From the NCBI RefSeq assembly GCF_006345805.1, contig NC_043019.1, forward strand, positions 31,557,360 through 31,621,359: a DNA stretch of 64,000 bases, written 5' to 3'. Below, piece by piece: positions 13,475 to 25,967 of this stretch. The notes beneath the pieces were generated by a model. It saw only the letters and a list, made by a program, of their open reading frames with translations, was not told where the DNA came from and did no database searches. Source of the DNA: Octopus sinensis (Eukaryota). The number at the start of each line of letters is the position of its first letter. The stretch's first letter is position 1. Made by a program: the position numbers and the translations under genes.

Positions 13475-14509
13475 GTGTGTATGTACATATATATATGTAT
13501 ATGTGTGTGTCTGTGTTTGTACATATATGTATATCTGTGTGTATGTACATATATATATGTATATGTGTGTGTCTGTGTTTGTACATATATATGTATATCT
13601 ATGTATATGTATATATATATGTGTCTGTGTGTGTGTGTCTATGTGAATGTATGTATATAAATGTGCATGAGTGTATGTATAAATAGGTTCTACATATTTA
13701 CACATATATTCCTTTCTTCTTGTCGGTTTATGACTCAACATTGACGCGTCTCCACAATCACACAGTTTTAGCATCTGTGAAAATTTTAATAATGCAAATA
13801 TCAGTCAAGCACTTAAAACAAATACATATGCGTGCATGAGCGCATGCATGAATGCATGTGTGTGTATATTTGTATGTGTGTCTGTGTGTGTACATGTGTG
13901 TATTTATGTGTGTGTTTGTGTGTGTGTGATATATGTATGCTTGTGTACATGTGTGTGTATATGTGCATATGTGTGTATGCATATATGTGCATTTGTGCAT
14001 GTTTGTATATTTATGTGATGTAGGTATGCACTTTGTGTATGTATGTGCATGTGTGCATGTGTTTTTGTATGCGTGCATGTGTGTGTATGTCTGAGTGTGT
14101 TTGAGTGCATATGTGTTTATATGTAGAACTAAGGAAACAACACTTATCTTTTCCTTCTCCAGTTACTAAAACTGTTTTCTGAAGATCATTGTCACCAGAA
14201 ACCTGGACAGCAACATAACACCATGGTATAGACGTAACAAGAACTAATATTGTTTGTCTGCAAAGACAAGCTGTCTCAGTAAGAAAACCCACTTTATACA
14301 GAAATATATATTTAGTTGGTCATGCCATCAATCCCTCTTCAATGCAAATAAAAAGAAAAAAGAGGCTTCATGACTTCACACATAAGAAAACTTCAAGTCG
14401 TTGCATATTTAACTTTAATACTGATAATTAAGAACATCTTAGCACCTCCTCCTTCACTACCACCACCTCCTCCTCCTCCACCACCATTATTAATAATATC
14501 ATTATTACT

Positions 14510-14785
14510 TAAGATGTTGCACAGTAGCCAATATCATGATGTTGTTGATTGAAGATATTGTGTCTACTGGGTGGGGTTTGTACTGTCTGTCAAATCACAA
14601 GGACCTCAGACAGACAGTACTTTACCCAATATGTGTGCAGTTCCAAGCAATGCTGATTTTTGCAATAATACCTAGATTGTACGGTATTTCTAAAGCTTCT
14701 AGATGTTTCTTCAGATTGGGTGGTATTGAACCCAATGCTCCAATGACAATAGGAACAACCTCTATGTTTGACTCTCGTAACTTTC
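14510..14785 (-). mobile_element. Degenerate 3' end of an R4/Dong-type LINE
   Basis: Minus strand encodes VVPIVIGALGSIPPNLKKHLEALEIP, like the C-terminus of the 39.9-kb element. Confidence 0.65.
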
Positions 14786-15411
14786 ACCAGCGCCGCCCCG
14801 ACTGGCTTCTGTGCCGGTGGCACATAAAAAGCACCATCCAAACGTGGCCGTTGCCAGCGCCGCCTTGGCTGGCTTCCGTGCCGCTGGCACGTTAAAAGCT
14901 CCAACCAATCGTAGCCGATGCCGGATCCCCCCAGGCACCTGTGCAGGTGGCACCTAAAAAGCACCCACTACACTTGCGCCGTGGTTGGCGTTAGGAAGGG
15001 CATCCAGCCATAGAAACTCTGCCAGATCAGACTGGAGCCTGCAGCAGCCCCTGGCTTCCCAGACCCCGGTCGAACCGTCCAACCCGTGCTAGTGCGGAAA
15101 ACGGACATTAAATGATGATGATGATGATGTAATCTAAATTCTCAGGTCTTCATTTTATCAATCTTTTCTCTTTCATTCATGGTAATATGTTGATCTCCTG
15201 GCAATGCCACATCGATTATTAGGCACTCTTTTTTGTCCCCTCTAAAGGCTACTGTGTCTGGCCTTCAGTGCTTTAACACCTTGTCTGTTTGGAAGTCAAA
15301 CCCACAGAGAATTTTTGCCTTCCCCTTTTCGTCCATTACCTTTTACAGTGTATGTTGGTACCAAGCACCCTTTACCTTATATCCATTTTTTTATCTATTT
15401 ATGCACCTTTT

Positions 15412-15709
15412 TCAAGCCTAGCCAGGCTCATGGGCCCAGTTTCCCGGTTTCTATGGCGTATGTGTTCCCCCCACCCCAGTTGGACAGGATGCCAATCCAT
15501 CGCAGTATTATTCAAGAAACAAGAAGAAAGAGTGAGAGAAAGTTGGGGCAAAAGAGTACAACAGGGGTCACCACCACCCCCTGCCGGAGCCTCGTGGAGT
15601 TTTAGGTGTTTTCGCTCAATAAACACACACAACACCCGGTCTGGGAATCAAAACCGCGATCCTCTGACCTTGAGTTCGCTGCCCTAACCACTGGGCCATT
15701 GCACCTCCC
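15412..15709 (-). mobile_element. tRNA-derived SINE family D
   Basis: Head ggtgcaatggcccagtggttagggcagc; related copies at 9955-10142(+), 43940-44232(-), 61913-62205(+). Confidence 0.85.
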
Positions 15710-15711
15710 CT

Positions 15712-16050
15712 TATATCCATACTGCCAGCATAATAGCCACTGAAGGTTTTGGGCCACCTTGTCATGTCTATGCTTGTACTCTTACTGCACACAAGACTTT
15801 CACAAGCACTAACAATGTGAATCATGCTTTTGACCCTCTTCCCACACATTTTGCACTGGTTTGTTGTACTTGTGTGGTATATATCCCTTTTCACTGAGTT
15901 GCTATTCAATGCCAGATCCTGAGCAGAATGATTAGGCTTTTAGTCTTCTTTTCTAAGTCACCCTTGCTGAGCCACCCCCATGATGTTTCCTGGTCTTTTA
16001 AGTTGTTAGTTTCATGGTGGAACTGATCATGTAATTCCATGCAGAGTAGA
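15712..16050 (-). mobile_element. Degenerate R4/Dong-type LINE fragment (zinc-knuckle region)
   Basis: SWGWLSKGDLEKKTKSLII, CKMCGKRVKSMIHIVSAC, RHDKVA-like; adjacent to (TTA)n. Confidence 0.75.
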
Positions 16051-16150
16051 GTTGTTATTATTATTATTACCATTATCATTATCATCATCATCATCATCAT
16101 CATTATCATTATTATTAAGGCAGCAAGCTGGCAGACTCATTAAAATGTCA

Positions 16151-16386
16151 AGGCGGCGAGCTGGCAGAAACGTTAGCACGCCGGGCGAAATGCTTAGCAG
16201 TATTTCGTCTGCCGCTACGTTCTGAGTTCAAATTCCGCCGAGGTCGACTTTGCCTTTCATCCTTTCGGGGTCGATAAATTAAGTACCAGTTATGCACTGG
16301 GGTCGATGTAATCGACTTAATCCGTTTGTCTGTCCTAGTTTGTCCCCTCTGTGTGTAGCCCCTTGTGGGCAGTAAAGAAATAAGAA
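16151..16386 (+). mobile_element. SINE family B nested inside an older copy of the same family (~16117-16585)
   Basis: ggcgagctggcagaaacgttagc...gagttcaaattcc...gcctttcatcctttcggggtcgataaattaagtacc; TSD tcattaaaatg at 16137-16147 and 16387-16397; another copy at ~10818-11031. Confidence 0.88.
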
Positions 16387-16769
16387 TCATTAAAATGCCA
16401 GCCAAAATGCTTAACAGCATTTTGTCCATTGCTATGTTTTGAGTTCAAATTCCACCGAGGTCATCTTCGCCTTTCATACTTTCAGGGTCAATAAATTAAG
16501 CACCAGTTGTGTGCTGGGGTCAATGTAACCAACTATTCCCCTCCCACAAAATTTCATATTTTGTGCCTTTAGTAAAAAGGATTATTATTATCATTGTCTC
16601 TTTTGAGGTTTACAGATTGTAGAGCTATGACCAAACTATGGGTTTGGGGTCGCTCGACTGATTTGTATTCTTCTCAATATGCTGGATGTTCCCAGTGGAC
16701 TACTGTCATAATCATTACTGTTGTCATTGTTATTTATATTTATTATCTTTTCTTCTTTTATGAACACAG

Positions 16770-16858
16770 GGCTGCAAAGTTTAGTTCATTGGTCAAGAAT
16801 GTGATGAAACAAAAGCCAGAAGACAGTAACAAGCAAATACTGGGTGACGCTGAAGCAG
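16770..16858 (+). CDS. OTOF: Otoferlin-like ferlin, internal coding exon (C2A-C2B linker), 89 nt, phase 2->1
   Basis: Polypyrimidine tract + cacAG acceptor (16768-69), CAG|GTAAG donor; reads AAKFSSLVKNVMKQKPEDSNKQILGDAEA and splices in frame to the next four exons; loosely resembles the vertebrate OTOF linker. Confidence 0.72.
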
Positions 16859-17387
16859 GTAAGAAAAATATGGTATATGGCTAAATGGTTAAGAGGCTAG
16901 CCTTGCAATCATGAGATCAAATGTGTGAGCCCCGGTCAGGTTTTTTGGACACCTTCCCTCCTAGTTTCAAATTAAGCCAAGTGTTGTCAGTAGCAGTAAA
17001 ACCCAACATAATAACACCATAATGGTACCGTATTTGATGGTATACAACAAGTGTAATAGATTCAGAACTGAATTGACAAATTGCCAAGTAAAAGTCACGG
17101 ATTAATAACAGCCATTTCGCATGATTGGCCAATTAACTGACCAGTCAGCATCAAGTCATCATGTGATGCAGCCTTCTTGTACATCTCTTAACAAGGGTTA
17201 TAAATAGATGAGTTTTAAATGCTGATCTTGGTAGAGTGTCAAAGTTAGCCTGGCAAGATGTGCCGCGAGTCTTGCCAGGCATATTTGCACAGAGACTGCA
17301 TATCCTTTGTTGTTGTATTATTCATTCAAGACCAACATGGAAAATATTTTGCATAGGGAATAAAGTTTCTATAGAATTGTTAAAATA

Positions 17388-17786
17388 GGCGCAGGAGTGG
17401 CTGTGTGGTAAGTAGCTTGCTAACCAACCACATGGTTCCGGGTTCAGTCCCACTGCATGGCATCTTGGGCAAGTGTTTTCTGCTATGGCCCCGAGCCAAC
17501 CAATACCTTGTGAGTGGATGTGGTAGACGGAAACTGAAAGAAGCCTGTCGTATATATGTATATGTATATATGTATGTGTGTGTGTGTTTGTGTGTCTGTG
17601 TTTGTCCCCCTAACATTGCTTGACAACTGATGCTGCTGTGTTTACGTCCCCGTCACTTAGCAGTTCGGCAAAAAGAGACCGATAGAATAAGTACTGGGCT
17701 TACAAAGAATAAGTCCCGGGGTCGATTTGCTCAACTAAAGGCGGTGCTCCAGCATGGCCGCAGTCAAATGACTGAAACAAGTAAAA
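17388..17786 (+). mobile_element. SINE family A, full length
   Basis: ggcgcaggagtggctgtgtggtaag...gactgaaacaagtaaaa. Confidence 0.92.
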
Positions 17787-18695
17787 GTGTTGTGCATCAT
17801 TTCTAGCAAACCAGGACAGAACCTGACTCAACCACCAGCATCTTCTATATCGTTCATTCGATGACCTGTGTGATAATTTGTAACCACCTCATGATGTGCT
17901 ACTTGACCTGAAGTTGACCTAGGCAGAATTTGAACTCTGATCATAAAGAGTTGGAAGAAATATCCCTATGTGTTTTGTCCGATGCACTAATCATTCTGCC
18001 AGCTCCTAATAATTATTTTCTTTTATTGGCCACAAGAGCCTAAGACGTTGAAAACAATACACAGACAAGATACAAATACACGATAATAAAAGTGAGATTT
18101 ATATCAAGGATATAACAATTAGAGCTCTACTGATTTTGTCATCCAATGTGTGAAATAGAAATTATAGAATTCCTCAATGTGAGTATGAGACGTCATGGCA
18201 CAACTGCTTTCCTGCTGCCTATTTAGCATTGATGATTCGATGCTGACCTACTTGACATCAGACATTTTAATGTTTCACTGATTCTCTTACTACCTCTCTC
18301 CGGAATTTGCTCTGTTTATGTGTTTGAGCATCATATGTACTGTGAGGGTGAGGTTAGTGGTTAGGGTAAATTCATGAGTTCAATTCCTGGCAGCACTTTG
18401 TGTTCTTGGGCAAGACATTTTATTTCATGTTGCTCCAGTCCACTGAGCAGGCTAAAATGAGTTGTACCTGTAATTCAAATACCAGCCTTATCCCCTTTTG
18501 TGTCACCTCAATGTATATCTCAAGACCTCAGCCAGATTTGAACTCAGAACACCATGAACAAAACCACAATATATTCTAGTTGAAGTTATAATGACTTTTC
18601 AATTTACCAATTCACCTCTTTTTCTTTTTGTTTGTTTGTTTGTTCTTAATTGTCTTTTATTAATTCTTTGATATTTTCTTTTGTGTTGTTTCCAG

Positions 18696-18837
18696 AAGTC
18701 CTGTCTGTTGAAGGCAAAAGTGCTAAAATTGCATCTTCAATATTATCAGCATTTGGCACAGATTCAACTTGCACAGAGGATGATCAACGCAGTGAAAGCA
18801 CTGGATCAGCTATTATGACACCTACTAAAATGCACCG
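18696..18837 (+). CDS. OTOF: Otoferlin-like ferlin, internal coding exon, 142 nt, phase 1->2
   Basis: ttgtgttgtttccAG acceptor, CG|GTAGGT donor; G+AA=Glu joins the previous exon; reads EVLSVEGKSAKIASSILSAFGTDSTCTEDDQRSESTGSAIMTPTKMHR; phases fit both neighbours. Confidence 0.75.
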
Positions 18838-18869
18838 GTAGGTACACAATCATAATAACAATAATAAAA

Positions 18870-19305
18870 ATAATTCTTCTTCTTCTTTATCATCATCATC
18901 ATCTTCTTCTTCTTCTTCTTCTTCTTCTTTTCTTCTTCTTCTTTTCTTCTTCTTACTCTTCTTCTTCTTTCTTCTTCTTCTTTTTCTTCTCCTCTTCTTC
19001 TTCTCTTCTTCTCCTCCTTCTTCTTCTTCCTCTTCTTCTTCTTCTTCTTTATCTTCTTCTTCTTCTTCTCCTCCTTCTTCTTCTTCTTTTTCTTTTCTTC
19101 TTCTTCTTCTTCTCCTCCTCCTCCTCCTTCTTTTTCTTCTCCTCCTCCTCCTCCTTCTTTATCTTCTTCTTCTTCTTCTTCTTCTTTATCATCATCATCT
19201 TCTTTATCATCATCATCATCATCATCATCTTCTTCTTCTTCTACTTCTTCTTCTCCTCCTCCTCCTCCTTCCCCTCATTCTTTTTCTTCTTCTTCTTCTT
19301 CTTCT
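18870..19305. repeat. (TTC/TCC)n trinucleotide microsatellite
   Basis: Seen directly; other long tracts: (ATC)n 7860-8290, 24050-24350, 31440-31790, 48135-48495; (AAT)n 43325-43530; (GAT)n 59000-59140. Confidence 0.95.
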
Positions 19306-19814
19306 CAGGCTATAGTAGATGTTTACCCAAGGTGTCACTCAGTGGGGCTGTACCTGGAACCATGGCTGTGTGGTAGGGAAGCAAGCTTCCTATCACACAG
19401 CTATGCCTGTGCCTATGCTAAAATTTTTTCCCAAATATCAAAGAATGAGAGGGCCCTCAAGTGTTGTGTTGTGTTGTGCAGTGCTGTAGTGCTGGTGCCA
19501 TGATAAAATGCACCCAGTACACTCTGTAATGTGCTTGGTAGCAGGAAGAGCATCCAGCTGTAGAGAACAAGCCAATAGGAAACACATGAACAAAATGTGT
19601 TACTCTGATCCATCTTAGAGAGGATGTACATCTGAATAAGAATTATCTGAGACCATGGTGGCCTGTCCAACCCATGCCAGCATGGAAAGTGGATGTGAAA
19701 TGATGATGATCAAAGAACTTAAGATATTGGTAAGCTAAAGGCTGAAGAGTGTTTGCAAGACAATGCTGTCTGACCATTTAACCCTTTAGCATTTAGATTA
19801 CTCTATCAAATGTA

Positions 19815-20235
19815 GGAAAACGAGTGAATATATAGTGCATATGTGTATTTGTCAAAACAAAAAAAGACCATCCCTAAGCATTACAATACCTGTTTCAACA
19901 CTCAGTTTCACATCAGGAATCTTGCAAGACAAATTCATAAACGTAAGTTTTGACAATATATTCTAAATACACACCTGATTACAAAATACTACATAAATTC
20001 TAAACAGCACAACCCCAAATGTAATTAATAAAAATTCTCCATAACACCTTGCTATCACAGCTTTACTATACAATGCAGTTATCATTCAACAGAACACATC
20101 TTACCATAGAAAATTTTAACTACTTAACAGAGACCTATGCAAAGCCAAGAGAAACTCCTATGTACCACAATCTAGTGATGGCTTAGATGGCGGAAACTTC
20201 GAAGTCACTGTCAATATTATTCTCATTAAAGATGT
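19815..20235 (+). mobile_element. Possible degenerate Penelope-like 3' end (endonuclease tail followed by HHR remnant)
   Basis: Decayed coding-like stretch ending LLNRDLCKAKR, then acaat-CTAGTGA...GAAAC-TTCGAA-GTC-ACTGT. Confidence 0.4.
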
Positions 20236-21260
20236 GTGTGTGTGTGTATTGTCATTACATTTTAATACCCATATCTCTGATAGCATCTTATCAAGTACAA
20301 CAAATTCAGCATTTTCAGACTGGAACCCATAACCAGGGTATATAGCCTAGAAGAAAATGAAGACAATGAGATGAAGTGCTAAATGGGCATTTCCAATTCG
20401 AGAGATGTATGACAGTGATGTATTTAAAATAGAAGATTCTACCAGTCTTGGTTGACTATAAATCTGCATCTGTATTTACATGCTGAGACAAGGGCCTTGT
20501 TTTGGTAAGGGAGGGAGATGTGGTGATTTGCTGTTCTTGATAAGATGAATCAAGTTAAGTAAAATTACTGTCTTCCACCACATACAGGCTTATCCCTTCA
20601 GGTGTTGTGTAAACACAACCATGCTGGAGCCGCATAAATGCACCATTGCTAGTGCCACTCTGCTAAGGGGTTGGCATTAGGAAGGGTATCCAGCCATAGA
20701 AACCATGCCACAACAGACAACTAGAGATTGGACTTCCTGGAAAATTTCGAGGATTTTCTGGAAATATCCAATGATGGGACTTCCCAGAAAATTCCGAATA
20801 TAGCATCCATTTCACATATGGATACTATATTTTGCAGTCCTGTGAAGGCATGGCTTAGTGGTTAGAGTATTCAGCTCATGATCATAATGTTGTGAGTTCA
20901 ATTCCTGGCGATGTGTTGTGACCTTCAGGAAGACACTTTATTTCACGTCGCTCCTGTTCACTCACCTGGCAAAAATAAGTGGCTGCTTTATTTCAAAAGG
21001 TTGGCCTTGTCACACTCTGTGTCACACTGAGAACTATGTTACGGCTTCACATGTCTGTGGAGTGCTCAGCCACTTTCACGGGCAGGCTGTTCCATTGATC
21101 GGATCAACTGGAACCCTCATTGTCATAACCAACAGAATGCCATATTCTTCAGTCGTATGAAATGTTTAGCTGTACAACAACATAGATTTGTTTTGTGGTT
21201 TCTATTGCTTAATTTGATCAACGTAATTAACACTTCTTTGTTCTTGTGCTTTTATTTCAG

Positions 21261-21315
21261 ACCGAAAGTAGATCATCATATGGAACATGCGTCTTTACGA
21301 GCACAAGACTTTCAA
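21261..21315 (+). CDS. OTOF: Otoferlin-like ferlin, coding exon, 55 nt, phase 2->0, entry into C2B
   Basis: ttttatttcAG acceptor, CAA|GTAAGT donor; PKVDHHMEHASLRAQDFQ resembles human SKPDIKMEPSAGRPMDYQ (recalled). Confidence 0.88.
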
Positions 21316-21759
21316 GTAAGTGTGTGTTTTAACATCTAAAGAATTGACATAAATTACTTGGTGGATGATTGACTAAATTGTTCGAGTGACAGACAAATGG
21401 ATTTCAGCTCTTTGCATTCTGAGTTCAAATCCTGTCAGAGTCAACCTAGCTTTGTAACCTTTCAAGGTCAATAAAGTACCAGTAAAATATTAGGATCAGA
21501 TAAGCAACTGATTGCAAAATAGGGCTTTATGCTTCATTGGTTAGATCGATGATGATGTATGGAAGAGTTCCGATGCAACAATGAAATCATGTCTAGATAT
21601 TCTCTGCATTATATTCTGAGAACAAAACACAAAATATCTGCTGATATTTTTGGCACAGTGCTACTGCTCTACATAATCATCTTAGGCCATTTCTGTCTTA
21701 CACTCTGTGTGTTTGTGTGCAGATTGTTACATAGATGGGTAGATAGTTATTACATATGT

Positions 21760-22182
21760 AGGCATAGGAGCGGCTGTGGGGTAAGTAGCTTGCTTACCAA
21801 CCACATGGTTCCGGGTTCAGTCTCACTGTGTGGCACCTTGGGCAAGTGGTTTCTACTATAGCCTCGGCCGACCAAAGCCTGTGAGTGGATTTGGTAGACG
21901 GAAACTGAAAGAAGCCTGTCGATATATGTATATATTATATATATGTGGTGTGTGTATACATTTGTGTGTCTGTGTTTGTCCCCCCTCCCCAACATCGCTT
22001 GAAACCGATGCTGGTGTGTTTACGTCCCCATGACTTAGCAGTTTGGCAAAAGAGACCGATAGAATAAGTACTAGGCTTACCAAGAAAAAAGTTCTAGGGT
22101 TGATTTGCTCGACTAAAGGTGGTGCTCCAGCATGGCCACAGTCAAATGACTGAAACAAGTAAAAGAATAAAGGAATAAAAGA
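21760..22182 (+). mobile_element. SINE family A, full length
   Basis: Same head, body and tail as 6088-6493. Confidence 0.9.
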
Positions 22183-22485
22183 ATATGTATGTATACACAC
22201 ATATACAAAATAGTATAGGAAACTTTGTTGCAACTAGCATTAACTGGCTTAAGGATGCAAGGTCAAGGAGAAAAGTGGCTGCAAATATACCACTTGCAGT
22301 GAGCTGTAATCCTCATATTTGCAGCATCTGTGGGTTTCTTTTCTAATTGTTGGTGGGACTTAAATGTCACATTCAATATAAGCATTGTGACAAAGAAAGA
22401 ATAGGTTGTCATCTGATCTTCATACAGCGAAACCGATGAGAGAGTCCATATATGTATATATATTTGAAAGTCTATGTATATATAC

Positions 22486-22541
<56 letters not shown>

Positions 22542-22580
22542 GTATAGATCTAAATAGTACATATACGTATGTATATATGC

Positions 22581-22612
<32 letters not shown>

Positions 22613-22819
22613 ATATATTTCGTTTTTGTATTTGGTTTACCAGATTCTTATGTGAATTCCTGGTTGAAGCATATTTTATTGTGCCTGGGAAGAATCATTT
22701 TCTTTTAGTGCCTTAATTATTTTAAATAAGTAAACGAGCGGAAATGGACCGGTGAGTATGTTAAATTAATAAGGCACTAAAAGAGAATGACTATCTCTAG
22801 ACACAATAATATATATATG

Positions 22820-22864
<45 letters not shown>

Positions 22865-23308
22865 ATCGGTTGTTTTGTAAAAAGGTTGAATGTAGATTCG
22901 TCCTTTAATTTGGAGGTTTCCAATAAAGATTTCTAATGTGGATTCTTCATATTTTGCTGGTAGTTTACAGGCGTAAATTTGCAAATATGAAAATAATACT
23001 TGTATATGATGTTTGATGAATTTATGGAAAGAAATCCCATAAAACTCAACAATTTAGTTAAAAATGGAGAAGACAAGTTCTAAAAATTCTCTTACATATT
23101 AAAATTCTAGATGTGTTGCTTGCAAACATTGGAGCTTACATGGAAGTGTTATGATGTTTCTAATAAAACGTTATTTGTTTGCCTATAATTTTCCAATAAA
23201 CTTTGCTGAGTTATCCTTATTTACCATTTTTTCTTCTTTTTCTAAATTTTTCATATTGTGTAGGTAATTTATGGCCACCCTATATATATATACACGTATA
23301 TGTGTGTA

Positions 23309-23573
23309 CCAGGACTGTAGAGTCGAGATAAAAAACTTCGACTCTGACTCCTCTTTATGTAATTAAGTGATTGTGGTCTACATATCAAATAAAGCATATG
23401 CATACACTTGTACTTTGAGTCGGCCTATATGTTATAACTGACTTATATTGAAGAATAAAGACATTGTGAGTTGGAGTCAGTATAGTTTTACCAACTCCAA
23501 CTCCGACTACCCCTTAATTGTTTCTGACTCTGACACTGACTCCACGACTATGACTCTGACTTCACTGTCCTGG
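23309..23573. mobile_element. MITE with CCAGGAC...GTCCTGG termini and GACTCY subterminal repeats
   Basis: ccaggactgtagagtcg / gactctgacttcactgtcctgg; flanked by TA. Confidence 0.7.
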
Positions 23574-23833
23574 TATATACTATGAGTCCACTGCATCTTA
23601 TGGCAGAAACAGCTGTAAGCTAATGAAGTGCTTAACATAATAGTTTATTCCTTTGTTGTCTAATTTTTTTTTTATATATACGGAGAGAGGGGCGGGGTGA
23701 TTAAGATCTAAGATCTAAGATACCCAGTAATGGACAAATTGCTGTCCTTATCTTGATGCAAATATTTTACAAATTCTGTCTAAACATGTCATAACTAATT
23801 GCCAATTATTTTTAACTCTGATTTTCGTTGCAG

Positions 23834-23965
23834 GTTTGTGTGACCATCATAGAAGCTAGGCAATTAGCAGGATTGAACATGGATCCTGTTATCTGTGTGA
23901 CAGTCGGTGACCAGAAAAGATACACTAGTGTGAAAGAATCAACTAACTGTCCTTATTATAATGAG
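23834..23965 (+). CDS. OTOF: Otoferlin-like ferlin, C2B domain exon, 132 nt, phase 0->0
   Basis: ttttcgttgcAG acceptor, GAG|GTATGT donor; [44 protein letters not shown] closely matches otoferlin C2B as recalled ([44 protein letters not shown]). Confidence 0.96.
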
Positions 23966-23986
23966 GTATGTAAAAAGTCTATTTTT

Positions 23987-24017
<31 letters not shown>

Positions 24018-24210
24018 AGTGTGTGTGTATGTGTAGGTGGGTGTTATTACTCCATCATTATTTTCATCATCATGATTGTCATCATAATTATCATAATTGT
24101 TGTCATCTTCATCATCATCATCTTATTTTCTTTCATCCTTCTTCATCATCATCACCATCATCATTGTCATCATGATTTTCGTTGTCATCTTCGTCATCAT
24201 TATTGTCATT

Positions 24211-24252
<42 letters not shown>

Positions 24253-24384
24253 TTCTTCTTCTTCATCATCTTCATTGTCGTCATCATCCTCATCTTCTTC
24301 AGCATCTTCTTCTTCATCATTGTTATCATCATTGTTGTCATCATCATCATTACCACCCACTTTTCCATTATTGCTTGAGTTTCT

Positions 24385-24613
24385 TATTTCTTTATTGCCC
24401 ACAAAGGGCTAAATATAGAGGGGACAAAAAGAGACAGACAAAGGGATTAAGTCGATTATATCGACCCCAGAGCATAACCGGTACTTAATTTATCGACCCC
24501 GAAAGGATGAAAGGCAAAGTCAACCTCGGCGGAATTTTAATTCAGAACGTAATGGCAGACGAAATACCACTAAGCATTTCGCCCGACGTGCTAACATTTC
24601 TGCCAGCTCGCCA
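24385..24613 (-). mobile_element. SINE family B with 11-bp TSD
   Basis: Reverse complement of 16151-16386; TSD cttgagtttct at 24374-24384 and 24614-24624. Confidence 0.9.
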
Positions 24614-25263
24614 CTTGAGTTTCTGTCACCTTGATCTGTCACTAGCTGAAATGACCTCATCTGCACACACACTACAACTACAGGTGACAGCAATAGTTCA
24701 CTAACTATACTGGCTGGTCCTGTCCATTGACAGCTTTGTCAATGTCTGTTCACTGACTCAGCTTCTAGTGATATCTGCCAGTAGCTCAATAAATTTATTT
24801 GCCAAAATAATTCACATCCACCACACTGCATCCTATGATTTCAATGTACCCTGGCTCATGGGGTTACATACTATTTAACCCAGTTTCCTTCCTTCACATT
24901 GTATTCTTGGTCACTTTAAATTCTAGAGAAACTAAGATAACCTAAGATAAGCATAATAAGCCTATAGGCTTACATGATAAGCCTACAGACTGAATTTTGA
25001 TTATTGCATTTTTAATGACAAGTGACTGAGACCGTTGGCAATATATTGTGCTTGAGAAGACCTGACAAGCAAAGTGAGATTGTAGTCGTGGCCAATGTTG
25101 ATGTTTCATAACTGACACCCATGCCAGTGGCACGTAAACTACACCCACTACACTCTTGGAGTGGTTGGTGTTAGGAAAGGCATCCAGCTGTAGAAACCAT
25201 GCTAAATCAGATTCAAGCTAACCAGTTGTGCAGCTAACCAGTTTTCAGTCAAACCGTCCAGTC

Positions 25264-25606
25264 TGTAGGGACCTCACTTGGCCCTGCCTGGGATTTGAAA
25301 CCAAATCCACTTATTGCTTATCAAAACAAGCGGGTGGATTTGGTTTCAAATCTCAGGCAGGGCCAAGAAAAAGAGGAAGAGATAGGAAATGCTCTCTGTT
25401 ATATAGTCTATGGTCAGTAATGTAGGTCAAAGCCTAAAGAAAGGACTGACCTTTCTTTGATCAGCATAGGTCCTTGGGGGTCAAGGGCTTTCCATCAATC
25501 ATCTGATGATGAGATGCAAACAAAGGATTTCCTGCTTGTTTTGACAAGCGACAAGTAAGATGGATTTGGTTTCAAATCTCAGGCAGGGCCAAGTGAGGTC
25601 CCTACA
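25264..25606. mobile_element. MITE with TGT...ACA termini, long TIRs and probable 4-bp TSD
   Basis: TGTAGGGACCTCACTTGGCCCTGCCTG...CAGGCAGGGCCAAGTGAGGTCCCTACA; flanks agtc/agcc; interrupts an RTE-like tail. Confidence 0.75.
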
Positions 25607-25738
25607 AGCCTGTGCCAGTATGGAAAATGGACATTAAATTACAATGATGACGACGACAACAATGACAACAACAACGACGATGAGTGATTTGAAATTTAGA
25701 GCAAAACTGAATATACTGAATATCCATTGGACTATTAA

Positions 25739-25967
25739 CCCTTTTGTTACCATATTTTTATTGAGATACTCTGTGTTTCTGTGTTTCTTTCAAGTAATTT
25801 TAAATATAGCAAAGAATTTAGTAAAATAACTTAGTTATCATTAAGCTAGTGTTAGGAACTTAAATTGTGGCTAAGGTTTGGTGGAAGATTTTAATTCAAA
25901 ACTTATGAAAACAAGACATTTGTACTCGGAACCAGAGCCGGTTTCAGCCGGATTGGTAATGAAAGGT
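25739..25967. mobile_element. piggyBac-type MITE (same family as 45070-45291)
   Basis: TTAA|CCCTTTT...GAAAGGT; internal sequence is the reverse complement of the 45-kb copy. Confidence 0.8.

Noticed and set aside
14163-14278. Plus-strand acceptor/donor pair as a candidate upstream otoferlin exon
   Set aside because: Stops in all frames to the GTAAGA donor; the shorter version has an incompatible phase and no ferlin similarity.
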